From assembly GCA_963776245.1 (NCBI GenBank), contig CAVZLN010000008.1, forward strand, positions 32,001 to 96,000: a DNA stretch of 64,000 nt, written 5' to 3'. How positions within the stretch are numbered: position 1 is the first letter of the stretch; each line of letters starts with the position of its first letter. This document shows positions 49,649 to 62,600 of this stretch, in pieces. A program made the translations under genes and the position numbers. Under the pieces are notes generated by a model, which did not search any database, was not told where the DNA came from, and worked only from the letters and a program-made list of their open reading frames with translations. This DNA is from Candidatus Eiseniibacteriota bacterium. GTDB taxonomy: Bacteria > Eisenbacteria > RBG-16-71-46.

Positions 49649-50878
49649 ATGCTCAACTGGATCTGGGCCGCGTTCTTCCTCGTCGCGTTCGTCGCCGCGC
49701 TGGTGCAGGCGGTGGCATTCGGGCGCCCCGAGGTGTTCCGCGACGTCGTCGGCGCGCTGTTCGACTCCTCCAAGACCGGCTTCGAGATCGCCCTCGGGCT
49801 CACCGGCGTGATGAGCCTGTGGCTCGGGCTGATGCGCATCGGCGAGCGCGGCGGGGTGATCGAGTCCATCGCGCGGATGTTCCGGCCGCTGTTCAACCGG
49901 CTCTTCCCGGGCCTGCCCGACGGCCACCCGGCGGCCGGCGCGATCGTGATGAACCTCTCCGCCAACGTGCTCGGCCTCGACAACGCCGCGACCCCGCTCG
50001 GTCTCAAGGCGATGAAGGAGCTGGAGACCCTCAACACCCAGCCGGAGCGCGCCACCGACGAGATGATCCTGTTCATGGTCATCAACGCCTCGTCGGTGAC
50101 GGTGCTGCCGATGACCATCTTCACGTTCCGCGCCCAGCTCGGAGCGGCCGACCCGACCGACGTGTTCGTGCCCATCCTGATCGCCACCTATTGCAGCACC
50201 ATGTGCGGCCTGCTGGTCACCGCGGCGGTGCAGAAGTTGAGCCTGTGGAACCGCGTGGTGATGGGCTGGCTCGCGCTGCTCACGGCGCTGGTGGGCGGAC
50301 TGGTGTGGTACTTCGCGCGGCTCGACGCGGAGCAGGTGGGGCGTCAGTCGGCGCTCCTCGCCAACGCCCTGCTGCTCGGCGTCATCCTCCTGTTCCTGAC
50401 CGCCGGCGCGCGCCGCAAGGTGCCGCTCTACGAGACCTTCGTCGAGGGCGCGAAGGAGGGCTTCACCGTCGCCATCGGCATCGTCCCCTACCTGGTGGCG
50501 ATCCTGGTGGCGGTCGGGGCGCTGCGCGCGAGCGGCGCGCTCGAGGCCCTGCTGGGCGCCATCCGCACCGCCGTGAGCGGGCTGAGCCTCGACACCCGCT
50601 GGGTGGACGCGCTCCCGACCGCGCTCATCAAGCCGCTCTCGGGCAGCGGCGCCCGCGGGCTGATGGTGGAGACCATGAAGACGCTCGGCCCCGATTCGTT
50701 CGCCGGCCGGCTGACGTGCATCATCCAGGGCAGCACCGAGACCACGTTCTACATCCTGGCGGTCTACTTCGGCTCGGTCGGGGTGAAGAACACGCGTCAC
50801 GCGCTCGCCTGCGGGCTGGCCGCCGACGCGGCGGGCGTGATCGCCGCCATCCTGGTGGCCTACCTGTTCTTCGGCTGA
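49649..50878 (+). CDS. Fused SpmA/SpmB nucleoside-recognition (Gate) membrane protein
   Basis: ANVLGLDNAATPLGLKAM, FVEGAKEGF, KPLSGSGARG, GSTETTFY..VYFGSVG. Confidence 0.88.
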   Translation: MLNWIWAAFFLVAFVAALVQAVAFGRPEVFRDVVGALFDSSKTGFEIALGLTGVMSLWLGLMRIGERGGVIESIARMFRPLFNRLFPGLPDGHPAAGAIVMNLSANVLGLDNAATPLGLKAMKELETLNTQPERATDEMILFMVINASSVTVLPMTIFTFRAQLGAADPTDVFVPILIATYCSTMCGLLVTAAVQKLSLWNRVVMGWLALLTALVGGLVWYFARLDAEQVGRQSALLANALLLGVILLFLTAGARRKVPLYETFVEGAKEGFTVAIGIVPYLVAILVAVGALRASGALEALLGAIRTAVSGLSLDTRWVDALPTALIKPLSGSGARGLMVETMKTLGPDSFAGRLTCIIQGSTETTFYILAVYFGSVGVKNTRHALACGLAADAAGVIAAILVAYLFFG

Positions 50879-50908
50879 GCCCCGCGGCCGCCCCGGCCCG
50901 CGGGCGCG

Positions 50909-51820
50909 CTACCGCGCCGGCCCGCTCGCGATCCCGAACGCGAGACGATGGCCGGACGGATCGCGGACCACGAACCCTTCCGCGGAGGGCTCGATCTTCT
51001 CCCCCGCGGCGTTCAGCCGCGCGCGCAAGCGTTCGAGCTCCGCGGCGTCCGGCACCCGCACCTCGACCCGGTGCAGGCCGGCCGCGCCCTCGGGCGCGGC
51101 CGGCGCGCCCTCACCCGCCCAGGTGTTGAGGCCGACGTGGTGGTGGTAGCCGCCGGCCGAGACGAACAGCGCCGCCGGCCCGTAGCGCGTCACCAGGTCG
51201 AAGCCCAGCACGCCGACGTAGAAGCGCTCGGAGTCCGCGATCCGCGCCACCCGCAGGTGCACGTGGCCCATGCGGGTGCCGGCCGGCAGCCCGCTCCACG
51301 CCGCGCCCGATGCCTCGCTCTCGGCGAGCAGCGCGTGCAGGTCGAGCGGGTCGGTGGTCATGACGATGGAATCGCCCTCACGCGGCCACTCGGCACGCGG
51401 ACGATCGCGGTAGATCTCGATCCCATTGCCCTCGGGATCCGACAGGTACACCGCCTCGCTCACCCCGTGATCCGCGCCGCCGGTGAGCGGAGTGCCGGTG
51501 ACGACGAGATGGCGCAGCGCGTCCGCCAGATCGGCGCGCGTGGGCACCAGGAGGGCGAAGTGGTAGAGCCCGGTGGTGCCACGCGCCCGCGGCGCGGCGG
51601 GGCGCCCGGCGAGCACCAGCAGGTCCCCGTCGCCGGCGCCGAGGCGCGCGCTCTCCGCGTCGCGCACGCGCACCCGCAGGCCGATATGGCCGGTGTAGAA
51701 GGCGACCGCGCCCTCGAGATCGGTGACGATGAGATGCACGGCGCCGACCCCGCTGCCCACCGCCAGGCGGGGGTGCGACTTCGCGCGTTGCCGCGCGTCC
51801 GATGGACCGGGCTCCGACAT
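50909..51820 (-). CDS. VOC-family catechol 2,3-dioxygenase-like protein (CatE-like)
   Basis: GLYHFALLVP, ADHGVSEAVYLSDPEGNGIEIYRD, MGHVHL, GGYHHHVGLN. Confidence 0.88.
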   Translation of the reverse strand: MSEPGPSDARQRAKSHPRLAVGSGVGAVHLIVTDLEGAVAFYTGHIGLRVRVRDAESARLGAGDGDLLVLAGRPAAPRARGTTGLYHFALLVPTRADLADALRHLVVTGTPLTGGADHGVSEAVYLSDPEGNGIEIYRDRPRAEWPREGDSIVMTTDPLDLHALLAESEASGAAWSGLPAGTRMGHVHLRVARIADSERFYVGVLGFDLVTRYGPAALFVSAGGYHHHVGLNTWAGEGAPAAPEGAAGLHRVEVRVPDAAELERLRARLNAAGEKIEPSAEGFVVRDPSGHRLAFGIASGPAR

Positions 51821-51929
51821 GCGGTCACCTCATCGCGAACTCCATCCCCTGTCAAGCGCGCACCGCAACGCGACGGCCGCGCCCGGTGCCTCGGACGCGG
51901 CCGTCTCCATCGCCGCTCGGGCGCTGCGG

Positions 51930-52394
51930 TCAGTCGCGGTCGTGCTCCCGCCCATGCCCGCGGCCGCGCTCGCGTCCGGGCTCGCGGCCGTCCACCACCA
52001 CGACGCTCGACTTGCGCGCCAGCCCCGGCGGCATGCCGTGCGGATGATGCTTCCAGTGCCGCTCGGGCACCCGCCACAGCGCCACCGGCACCGCGCGGTC
52101 CCGCACCCGGACGAACGGCCCGCGCCAGCTGGCGGCGCGGTACCAACGGTCGTCGCGCACCACCCACCACCGCCCCCCGTAGCGGAACATGTCGTCGTCG
52201 CAGCGAGCGTCGTCCACGACGTACACGTTGCTCTCGCGCACGTACACCACCTCGGGCTGGCTCTGGATGGAGAGCCGCAGGGTGGTCGGACCATTCGCGA
52301 TCCCGAGGTCCACCCCCACCGCCGTGCCCGCCCACGCCGCGCCGGGCGTCATCGCGAGCAACGCGACGAACAGCCATCGCTTCGAGTTCCGCAT
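51930..52394 (-). CDS. Small secreted hypothetical protein (Trp/Arg-rich, PPGLARK motif)
   Basis: Signal peptide MRNSKRWLFVALLAMTPGAAWA; FRYGGRWW..WYRAASWRGPF; HGMPPGLARK. Confidence 0.7.
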   Translation of the reverse strand: MRNSKRWLFVALLAMTPGAAWAGTAVGVDLGIANGPTTLRLSIQSQPEVVYVRESNVYVVDDARCDDDMFRYGGRWWVVRDDRWYRAASWRGPFVRVRDRAVPVALWRVPERHWKHHPHGMPPGLARKSSVVVVDGREPGRERGRGHGREHDRD

Positions 52395-52683
52395 CACGCG
52401 CCTCCCCTGCTCCGCGGTCGCGGCGCGCCAGTGCGCTCGGTCCCCGGGCCACGGGGCTCGCTGCAGCGCTCGTGCCAGAGGGCGGGGAAGCGCGGGCCGG
52501 GCTGGGGGGCAACGCGTTCGAGCGGGCTGGGCGCCCCACGACCCGGTCCCGGCCATGCGAATCGCAACGCGCGGACGACGCTCCCCGCCCTGCGGCGCCT
52601 CACGACGGTGGTCCACCTTGTCCGTTCCCACCGCCCGCGAACCATGGCACCATGCGCGCTCCACCCACGACCGGAGGTCGACC

Positions 52684-55236
52684 GTGCGTCTGTTCTCCCG
52701 CCTTGCCCCCGCCCTGATGGTGCTCCTCGCGGCCACCGCCGCGCGCGCCGCGAGCATCCCGTCCCCGAGCGAGTATCTGAAGATCGCGGTCGGCGCCGAC
52801 CGCGTGGTGGCGGACTATCGCCAGATCCGCGCCTACTTCACCGAGCTCGACCGGCGCTCGCCGCGCGTCCAGGTGGAGGTCCTCGGCCGGACCACGCTGG
52901 GCGAGGACATGATCATGGCCGTGATCTCCTCGGCGGACAACCTCGCGCGCCTGCCCCGGCTCCAGTCGATAGCCCGCCGGCTCAGCGATCCGCGCGGGCT
53001 CTCGGAGGCGGGGCTCGACTCGCTGGCGCGCGAGGGGCGCGCGTTCGTGCTGGTCACGTGCAACATCCACTCGACCGAGATCGGGGCCTCGCAGATGGCG
53101 ATGGAATGGGCCCACGCGCTCGCCACCGCGGACGACCCCGAGACACTGCGGCGGCTCGACCAGGTGGTGCTGCTGCTGGTGCCGTCGCTCAATCCCGATG
53201 GCCAGATCATGGAGTGCGAGTGGTATCGGAAGTACCTCGGCACCCGCTACGAGGGCGGGCGCATGCCGTGGCTCTACCACCCGTACACCGGGCACGACGA
53301 CAACCGCGACTGGTTCATGCTCACACAGAAGGAGTCCCAGGCGATGTCGCGCGCGGTCTATCGCGAGTGGTTCCCGCAGGTGTGGCTCGACGAGCACCAG
53401 ATGGGGGGCACCGGGCCGCGCATCTTCATGCCGCCCTACTCCGAGCCGGTGGCCCCCGAGATCCATCCGCTGATCTGGCGCGAGGTCAACCTGATCGGCG
53501 GGCAGATGGCGCTGCGGCTCGAGCAGGCGCGCAAGTCGGGGGTGATCTACGGCTACGCGTTCGACGCCTACTGGCCGGGCGGCACCAAGAACACCGCCTG
53601 GTTCAAGAACATCTCGGGGCTGCTCACCGAGGTGGCCTCGGCACGGCTGGCCACCCCGGTGTACATCGATCCGACCGAGCTGAGCGGGGGGCGCAAGGGA
53701 CTGGTGGACTACGAGGCCCAGACCAACTTCCCCCATCCGTGGCCGGGCGGCTGGTGGCGGCTGCGCGACATCATGGATTACGAGCGCATCGCCTCGGACG
53801 CGCTGCTCGAGGAGTGCGCGGACCGCCGCGAGGACGTGCTGCGGGACATGGCGGAGCGGGCGCGGGCGTCGATCGCGGCCGCGGCGCCGGGCGAGGCGTA
53901 CCGGATCCCGTGCCGCCAGCGCGACTGGCCCACCGCGCTCAAGCTCGTCGCGCTGCTCGAGGAGCATGGGGTCGAGGTCGCCAGCGGTCCCGGAGGGGAC
54001 GCCTGGGTCCCGCTGGCGCAGCCCTACGGCGCGTTCGTGCGGGAGATGCTCGAGACCCAGCGCTATCCCGAGGTGAAGCTGGTCCCGGGGAAGGACATCG
54101 TGCGTCCGTACGATGTCGCGGCGTGGTCGCTGCCGCTCATGATGGGGGTGACGGTCGAGCACGGCACGATGCCGGCGGGAACCCGCCCGTGGTCCGGGGC
54201 CGCGCCCCGGCCCTCGGGCCCCGCGCGCGAGAGCGCCGGCCCGGGGGTGTGGGCGCTGGCACCCGGCGTGGAGTCGGCGCGCGCGCTCAATGCCGCGCTG
54301 CGCGCCGGCGGCCGCGTGAGCCTGGCGCGTGAAGTGGCGACGATCGAGGGCGCCGCGTGGCCCGCGGGCACCGCGTTCCTCGACCGGACCGCGTTCGCGG
54401 CCGCGAGCCAGGCGCTCGCGCCGGGCGTCGAGCTGGTGGGCTGCCCCGCCGTTCCCGCCGGGGCCACCCCGCTCGCCGCGCCGCGCGTCGGACTGTACAA
54501 GCCCTGGGCCGCCTCGACCGACGAGGGCTGGACCCGCTTCGTGCTCGAGCAGTATGGCTTCGCCCCCACTTCGCTCGACAATGCCGCGGTGAAGAAGGGT
54601 GGATTGGGGGCGCGGTTCGACGTCATCGTGCTGCCCGACGTGGCGAAGGAGATCATCGCCACCGGACGGCCGAAGCGCGAGGACGGGGCGATGGCGTACT
54701 TCGCCGAACTGCCGCCCGAGTACACCGGTGGGCTCGACGCGGACGGCGCGGGGGCCCTGAAGGCGTTCGTCGAGGGCGGCGGCACGCTGGTGGCGCTCGC
54801 CGGCTCGTGCGAGTACCTGATCGAGCAGTTCAACATCCCGGTGGTCAACACGCTGGCGCGGGCCAAGCCCGACGAGTTCGCCTGCCCCGGCTCGCTGCTG
54901 CGCGCGGAGGTGCGACCCGGTCACCCGGTGACGTTCGGTCTGCCGTCCGAGCTGGCGCTGTTCGTGGACCGGCCGCTCGCGTTCGAGACCGCGCCTCCCG
55001 CCCCGGAGGTCCAGCGCTGGGTGCTCGCCACCTACCCCGAGGACCCGCGCCGGGTGCTCCTGTCGGGGTGGATCTTCGGTGAAGAGCGTCTCGGCCGACG
55101 CGCGGCGGCGGTGGCGCTGACCTGCGGGCAGGGGCGGCTCGTGCTGCTCGGGTTCCGCGCCCAGCACCGCGCGCAGACCGATGCCACTTTCCCGTTCCTG
55201 TTCAACGCGCTCTACTGGTCGGTGACGAAGGACTAG
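52684..55236 (+). CDS. Secreted M14 zinc carboxypeptidase with C-terminal GATase-like domain
   Basis: GGAGG plus GTG; signal peptide; IHSTE, NPDG, DDNRD, DEHQM; DEGWTRFVLEQY. Confidence 0.88.
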   Translation: MRLFSRLAPALMVLLAATAARAASIPSPSEYLKIAVGADRVVADYRQIRAYFTELDRRSPRVQVEVLGRTTLGEDMIMAVISSADNLARLPRLQSIARRLSDPRGLSEAGLDSLAREGRAFVLVTCNIHSTEIGASQMAMEWAHALATADDPETLRRLDQVVLLLVPSLNPDGQIMECEWYRKYLGTRYEGGRMPWLYHPYTGHDDNRDWFMLTQKESQAMSRAVYREWFPQVWLDEHQMGGTGPRIFMPPYSEPVAPEIHPLIWREVNLIGGQMALRLEQARKSGVIYGYAFDAYWPGGTKNTAWFKNISGLLTEVASARLATPVYIDPTELSGGRKGLVDYEAQTNFPHPWPGGWWRLRDIMDYERIASDALLEECADRREDVLRDMAERARASIAAAAPGEAYRIPCRQRDWPTALKLVALLEEHGVEVASGPGGDAWVPLAQPYGAFVREMLETQRYPEVKLVPGKDIVRPYDVAAWSLPLMMGVTVEHGTMPAGTRPWSGAAPRPSGPARESAGPGVWALAPGVESARALNAALRAGGRVSLAREVATIEGAAWPAGTAFLDRTAFAAASQALAPGVELVGCPAVPAGATPLAAPRVGLYKPWAASTDEGWTRFVLEQYGFAPTSLDNAAVKKGGLGARFDVIVLPDVAKEIIATGRPKREDGAMAYFAELPPEYTGGLDADGAGALKAFVEGGGTLVALAGSCEYLIEQFNIPVVNTLARAKPDEFACPGSLLRAEVRPGHPVTFGLPSELALFVDRPLAFETAPPAPEVQRWVLATYPEDPRRVLLSGWIFGEERLGRRAAAVALTCGQGRLVLLGFRAQHRAQTDATFPFLFNALYWSVTKD

Positions 55237-55249
55237 CTCCGCCCGCCGT

Positions 55250-58200
55250 TCACGCGTCGGCCAGCAGGTACTCCAGGTCGTCGCGCGGTCGAGCGCGCGG
55301 GCGAAGCCGTCCTCGCCGAGCACGTCGCGCACGAGCGCGGCCTTGCGCTGCTGCAGCTCCCAGATGCGCTCCTCGATCGTGCCCTCGGCGTGAGCAGCCG
55401 GTAGGCGATCACGGTGCGGTCCTGGCCGATGCGGTGCGTGCGGTCGATGGCCTGCGCCTCGACCGCCGGGTTCCACCACGGATCGAACAGCACCACGTAG
55501 CTCGCGGCGGTCAGGTTGAGGCCCGGTGCCGCCGGCCTTGAGCGAGACCAGGAACACGCACGGCGCCGGGATCGTCCTGGAACGCGCGCGACCACCTGCT
55601 CGCGCTTGCACGGTGCTGCGCCGGTGAGCATGTGGTAGGGCGACGCCGCGCTCGTCCATGCGCGGCCGCGAGCAGCTTCAGGCACTCGCACGAACTGCGA
55701 GAACACCAGCACCTTGTGGCCCTCGGCGAGCAGCGGCTCGAGCAGCTCGAACAGCGCGTCGAACTTGCCCGAGCCGAGCCCCGCGCGCGCCGCCCGCGAG
55801 CGCCGGATGGCAGCAGATCTGCCGCAGCCGCGTGAGCGCCGCGAGGATGGTGATCTGGTTGCGCGCGACGCCCGTCGGGCTCCGCCGCCGAGCGCGCCGA
55901 GCAGCGCGCGGCTGCGCTGCAGCTCGGCCAGGTAGAGCTGGCGCTGGCCGCGCGGTCAGCTCGCAGTCGCGGCGCTCCTCGATGCGCTCGGCAGATCCGG
56001 CGCCGACCTCGCCGCTTGAGGCGCCGCAGCAGCACCGGCCGCAGCCGGGCGGCGAGCAGCGCGCGCACGTGCGGCGGCGCGTCCGGCGCGGTCGAAGCGC
56101 TGCGACGAAGCGCGCGCGCGGCTCCCGAGGTAGCCGGGATTGACGAACGCGCATGATGCTCCACAGGTCGAGCGCGCGGTTCTCGAGCGGCGTGCCGGTG
56201 AGCGCCAGCCGGTGGCGCGCGCGCAGCTCGCAGCGCGGCGCGCGCCACCGCGGCGTCGGGGTTCTTGATGTTCTGCGCCTCGTCAGGATCACGGCCGCGC
56301 GCAGCTCGGCCTCGCTTCCAGTGCTCGAGGTCGCGCCGCAGCAGCGCGTAGTTGGTGACCACCAGGTCGTGCTCCGTCCACGTCGCGCCGCCGCGCGTGC
56401 CGCTCGCTCGCCGCTGCTCGAGCACCAGCACGCGCAGGCCGGGCGCGAAGCGCGCCGCCTCGCGCGCCCAGTTGTGCACGCACCGAGGCCGGGCACACCA
56501 CCAGGCACGGCCCGCCGCCCGGGCTCGCGCGGCGCGCAGGTGCCGCGAGCCAGGCCAGCGCCTGCACGGTCTTGCCGAGCCCCATGTCGTCGGCCAGCAC
56601 CGCGCCGAGCCCGAGCGACGAGGTGAAGGCGAGGAAGTCGAGCCCCCGCTGCTGGTAGGGCCGCAGCGTCGCCCACGAACCCCTCGGGCACCGGGCACGT
56701 GCGGCACACCCGCGAACGCCTCCACCGCCCCGCGCAGACGCTGGAGCGCCTCCACCGCGCCGGGGCCCGCGCCCAGGCGCTCGAGCTCGGCGAGGCTCTC
56801 GGGCCGCGCGTGCGCCAGCTGCCACAGGGTCAGGCGCTGCTCGCCCGCGTGCGGCTCGATCCCGAGGTCGGCGAGCACGGCGGCGGTGCGATCGTGCTGC
56901 TCGAGGGCATCGCGGCGCGACCCAGCCCGAGGCGAGCTTCACCCAGCGCGTGTCCGCGCCGCGCAGGCGCGCGAGGTCCTCGTCGCTCAGCGTCGCCGAC
57001 TCGGACTCCCACTCGAGCGCGACCGTCAGCCAGTCGATCCCGCTCGACCGCACGCTCACCCGCGGGCCGCGCACGGGGGTGGTCCCGAGCAACCGTCTCA
57101 CCTCGGCGTCGCCGAACCATCCCACTCCCGCCGGGCGACCTTCCCACGCCTCCGCGAGAGCCTCGACCGTGCGCGGCCCGAGCCGCACCCACCAGCCGAC
57201 GCGCGCGTCGGCCGCCGCCGTCGCGTGGCCGCCGGGACCGCGCTTCGCACCCGGCCGCGCCTGGGTCGCCGCGAGCCACTCCAGCACCGGCGCCACGCGC
57301 TCGGGATCCGGAGCCTCGAGCCACACCTCGGTCGCCGGGGGCGGCGGCATCGCTTCCATCCTGTCGGCGGCGGTGACCTCGTCCGCGGGATCACTCGGCG
57401 CGGCGCCCTGCGCCGCGGCGGGCTCGACCGCGGGATCCGCTCCGGCGATCGCCTCGAGGGGGCTACGGCCGGAGCGCGCGAGTGCCGCCGACCACCGCTC
57501 CCAGCGGCGCTCGGGCGCATACTCGTAGAGCACCGCCGGGGGCGCCAGCGGTTCGCCCGGTCGCCATGCCGCGCCTGCGGTGTGGGCCAGTACGCGGATC
57601 TGGAGCCAGTCGTCTCCCCGCAGGCGCAGCGTCACCGCGGGCGTGACGGGATGGTGGAGCGTGTGCGGGAGGAGGCTCGCGCGCACGCTCGGGAAACCCT
57701 CGGCGAGCACGGCGAGCAGATCGCCGCTCGCGGCGCCGCGCACCGGGACCGGCCCGTGGTCGCGGAACGAGCCGATCAGGTCCAGCGACGGTTCCTCGAC
57801 CAGCTCGTGGAGCGCCCCGTCCGCCAGCACCAGCCCGCAGGTGGGCTCGCCGTGGGCATCGATCGCCCGCACGTAGAGCGCGTCCGAGAGAGAACGCGCG
57901 CTCCCATCGGGCCACACCAGCCGCAATTCGAGCCGCGGCTCGCCCGCGCCGGCGACGCAAGCGGGCAGCAGTCGCAGGGGCAGCGGGCCGATCCGCACCG
58001 GGGCGCCCGGCACGAGGCCGGTGTGGCGGGCGAGATCGCTCGGCAGGCCCGGGTCCCAGACCACGTCCGGGCTCTCGCCCACCCGATGCAGCAGCCGCGC
58101 GATCGCGCGGTTCGACCAGACCACGGGCCGGGTCCCCACCTGAGGGGTCTCATCCACTCGCCCGGCCTCGATCAGCGCGTCGAGCACCGCCGCCTGGGCT

Positions 58201-59156
58201 CCCTCGAGCAGGCCCGGCTGGCGGCGCGCCGCGGCGTGGAGCTGGAGCAGCTGGTGGCCGGTGCGCGGCTGGTCGTGGACCCGCGGCGAGGACACGAACA
58301 CCATCACCGTGATCCCCGGCTCCCTGAACGTGTGGGCGACCCCGAGCACCACGCGCAGTCGGCGCGACGGGATCTCGACCCGGCGTTGCGCCCACTCGCG
58401 CAATTCGTGCTCGACGCGCGGCAGCGCGCGCTCGCGATCCCAGTCGGCGAGGTCGGGGCGGTCGCGCCACGGCTCGAGCGCGCCGGGCAGCCAGCCCTCC
58501 GCGAGCAGCGGCAGCTCGCGCGCGAGCCGCCAGCACCTCAGGTCGGCGTCTTCCTCGGCGAGCACCGCCGGGAAGGGCGCCACCGACAGGTCGAGATCGA
58601 GATCGGGCCGCTCGTCGAGCAGTCGTTGGAGCGCCAGTGTGCGTCCCCACAGGGAGGGCGCGGTGCGCAGGTCCTCCACGTCGGCCGCGGCCGGACGGCG
58701 CGGTGGCGCCGCGGCGGACGCGCGCCGGACGCGGGACGATGCCGCTGACGGTCCACGGCGCCGGCGGGTCACTTCCCCGATGCCCGGGATCGCGGCCGGC
58801 CCGCCGCGCGGCGGCGGGATGTGAGCGGGCAGCAGACGCGCGAACCGCCGGTCGCTGAACCCCGCCTCCCCGCGCGCGCGATCGAGCAGACAGCACGCGA
58901 GGGCGTAGGCGTGCTTGCAGTAGGGCCCCACCGGACAGGTGCAGTCGGGCAGCCACAACTGCCCGTCCCACTCCCACGACACCTCGTAGTCCGAGGTGCC
59001 GCGCACCACCGCCGCGACCTGGTCATCGAGGATCTGAAGGGGCCCCACGCGGCCTTCCCCCGCGTACCCGATGCCGCGCTCCCGGATGTGGCGCGGGAAC
59101 GAGGTCAGGTCGTCAGCCAGCGATCTCCAGAGATGCGGGGGCAGCCCGGCGCGCAC
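55250..59156 (-). CDS. SWIM zinc finger plus SNF2-family helicase; many frameshifts at 55250-56930
   Basis: [68 protein letters not shown]. Confidence 0.85.
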
Positions 59157-59556
59157 TTCGTCCTCCTCCGATGATGAGAGCGGGGGGGCATTCTGGGGGC
59201 GCGCGCGCCGCAGGGCAAGTCTGGGACGGCTGATGGTCCCGGATGCCCCGACCCACCTCTGTCTCCTTCATGAGACATGGGGATAGAGAACAGAAAGCCT
59301 TGCTTCCGGCAAGAACGACGCTATGCTCTTGGCGGTCGCACCTACGCAGTATCCGCCCCCCGCGGAATGTCGGGTGTGTGTCACCTCTGAAATGCTCCTC
59401 GGCCGCGGGGGACGTGAGTGCATCTGCGTTGGATCGCGCTGAGCCCCTCAGCGTCGTGATCCGGAAAGGTAGACCGACGGCACCCACCGCTACTTCATCC
59501 TCTCTTCGACGATTCCGATCGAGCCCCTAGCCATCTTCTTGAGAGGAGATGCCACC

Positions 59557-60286
59557 ATGAAGCACGTTTCCGTCGCCGCTCTCTTCGCCATCGTCATGAC
59601 CCTGCCGACCGCCGTGTCGGCCGACCCGGTCCCAGGCATGTACACCTCCGCTCTGCGTCCCGGCGCCCATCCCGGAGTGCAGCTCGGGCACATGTCGGTC
59701 TCGCGCCAGTTCCCGAACTCGGGGAACCCGAAGATCTTCCACGGCCAGTCGTGGAACGGCTCGGTCCTCGGCGCGCAGTGGGAGTTCCGCTGCGGAGTCG
59801 AGACCGCGAGCGTTCCGCCGGTCTTCGGCCCGGGGTACGATTTCGGCACCAACACCGGCTACGTCACCTACAACCAGACCTTCGATGGCGGGACGTTCTC
59901 GCTCTATGCCGATCCGGCGGTGGGCTGGGGCTCGGGCAACGGGACGCTGAACACGACCTCGGTCGCCACCCAGGTCTACCTGATGAACGGCATTCCGCTC
60001 TCCGCCAGTTTCACCGGCGTGACGACCGGCCACTTCGACATCGGCTGCACGCATGACCTTCGCGATGGGGAATGGCTTCGGGGCCGGGGAGACGAGCGAC
60101 CCGCCCTATCTCACCAAGCCGGCCACCTATCCCATCTTCCTCGCCGCGGACTGCTCGCCGGCGGACGCGCTCCACCAGTTCGGGGCGTGGGGCGACGTCA
60201 ATGACATCATCATCAACATCAACGCCGACTGCGCCACGCCCGTCGGGAAGTCCACCTGGGGAGCCCTCAAGACGCTCTATCGGTGA
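59557..60286 (+). CDS. Secreted hypothetical protein ending in TWGxxKxxYR; frameshift near 60050
   Basis: AGGAG RBS; signal peptide MKHVSVAALFAIVMTLPTAVSA; beta-rich body; C-terminus TPVGKSTWGALKTLYR. Confidence 0.75.
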
Positions 60287-60310
60287 GCCGCTGATCCGTT
60301 CGTGACCGGC

Positions 60311-60338
60311 GCGGCACGCGGGACGCCCCGCGTGCCGC
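60311..60338 (+). terminator. GC-rich hairpin, probable terminator
   Basis: GCGGCACGCGGG-ACGC-CCCGCGTGCCGC, a perfect 12-bp stem 24 nt after the stop; weak U-tract. Confidence 0.55.
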
Positions 60339-60456
60339 GTTCGCGTCCGGCCCAAGGTCCGCGGTGCCCGGATCGCGAACCCGCGCGCGACGCAGGCCCC
60401 GCGCCGGCGCGCCCCGGGTGGACAAACCCACGCCGATGTCGTCATCTTGTCGGCCC

Positions 60457-62286
<1,830 letters not shown>

Positions 62287-62548
62287 AGGCCGGGGGCGCA
62301 GGCGCCGCCGGGTGACGCTCGCGACCGTGCGGGGACGTGCGTCCCGGCACGATTCGGCCGTTGACCGTCGATCCGGCGACTTGTAACCTCCTTGACAAGG
62401 TTGGCGCAAGCGCTACCCCCTCAGTCGGACCCTCTGGCTGGCCCGGTGCGGTTGCGTCTCCTGCGTCACGACGGTCGCCCGATCCGCAGCCACGAGTCCC
62501 CCGCACACGCGGCCGAATCCCGGCGCCAGCAAGCAGACTCTGCAACGC

Positions 62549-62564
62549 TGGCTGGATCGGTGCA
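62549..62564 (+). promoter_or_regulatory. Possible sigma54 promoter
   Basis: TGGCTGGATCGGTGCA (GG-N10-GC) 36 nt before the kinase ATG. Confidence 0.4.
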
Positions 62565-62600
62565 GTGCCCGCCATTTCGCGGGCCCGACAGAGGGGTGCC

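Noticed and set aside
55250..56930. Programmed frameshifting or pseudogenisation of SNF2 and the ABC exporter
   Set aside because: There are too many scattered indels without slippery sites; read error explains them better.
59479..59488. GGCACCCACC resembling a 6S RNA segment
   Set aside because: Only 10 nt match, and I could not find the long closing stem or central bubble.
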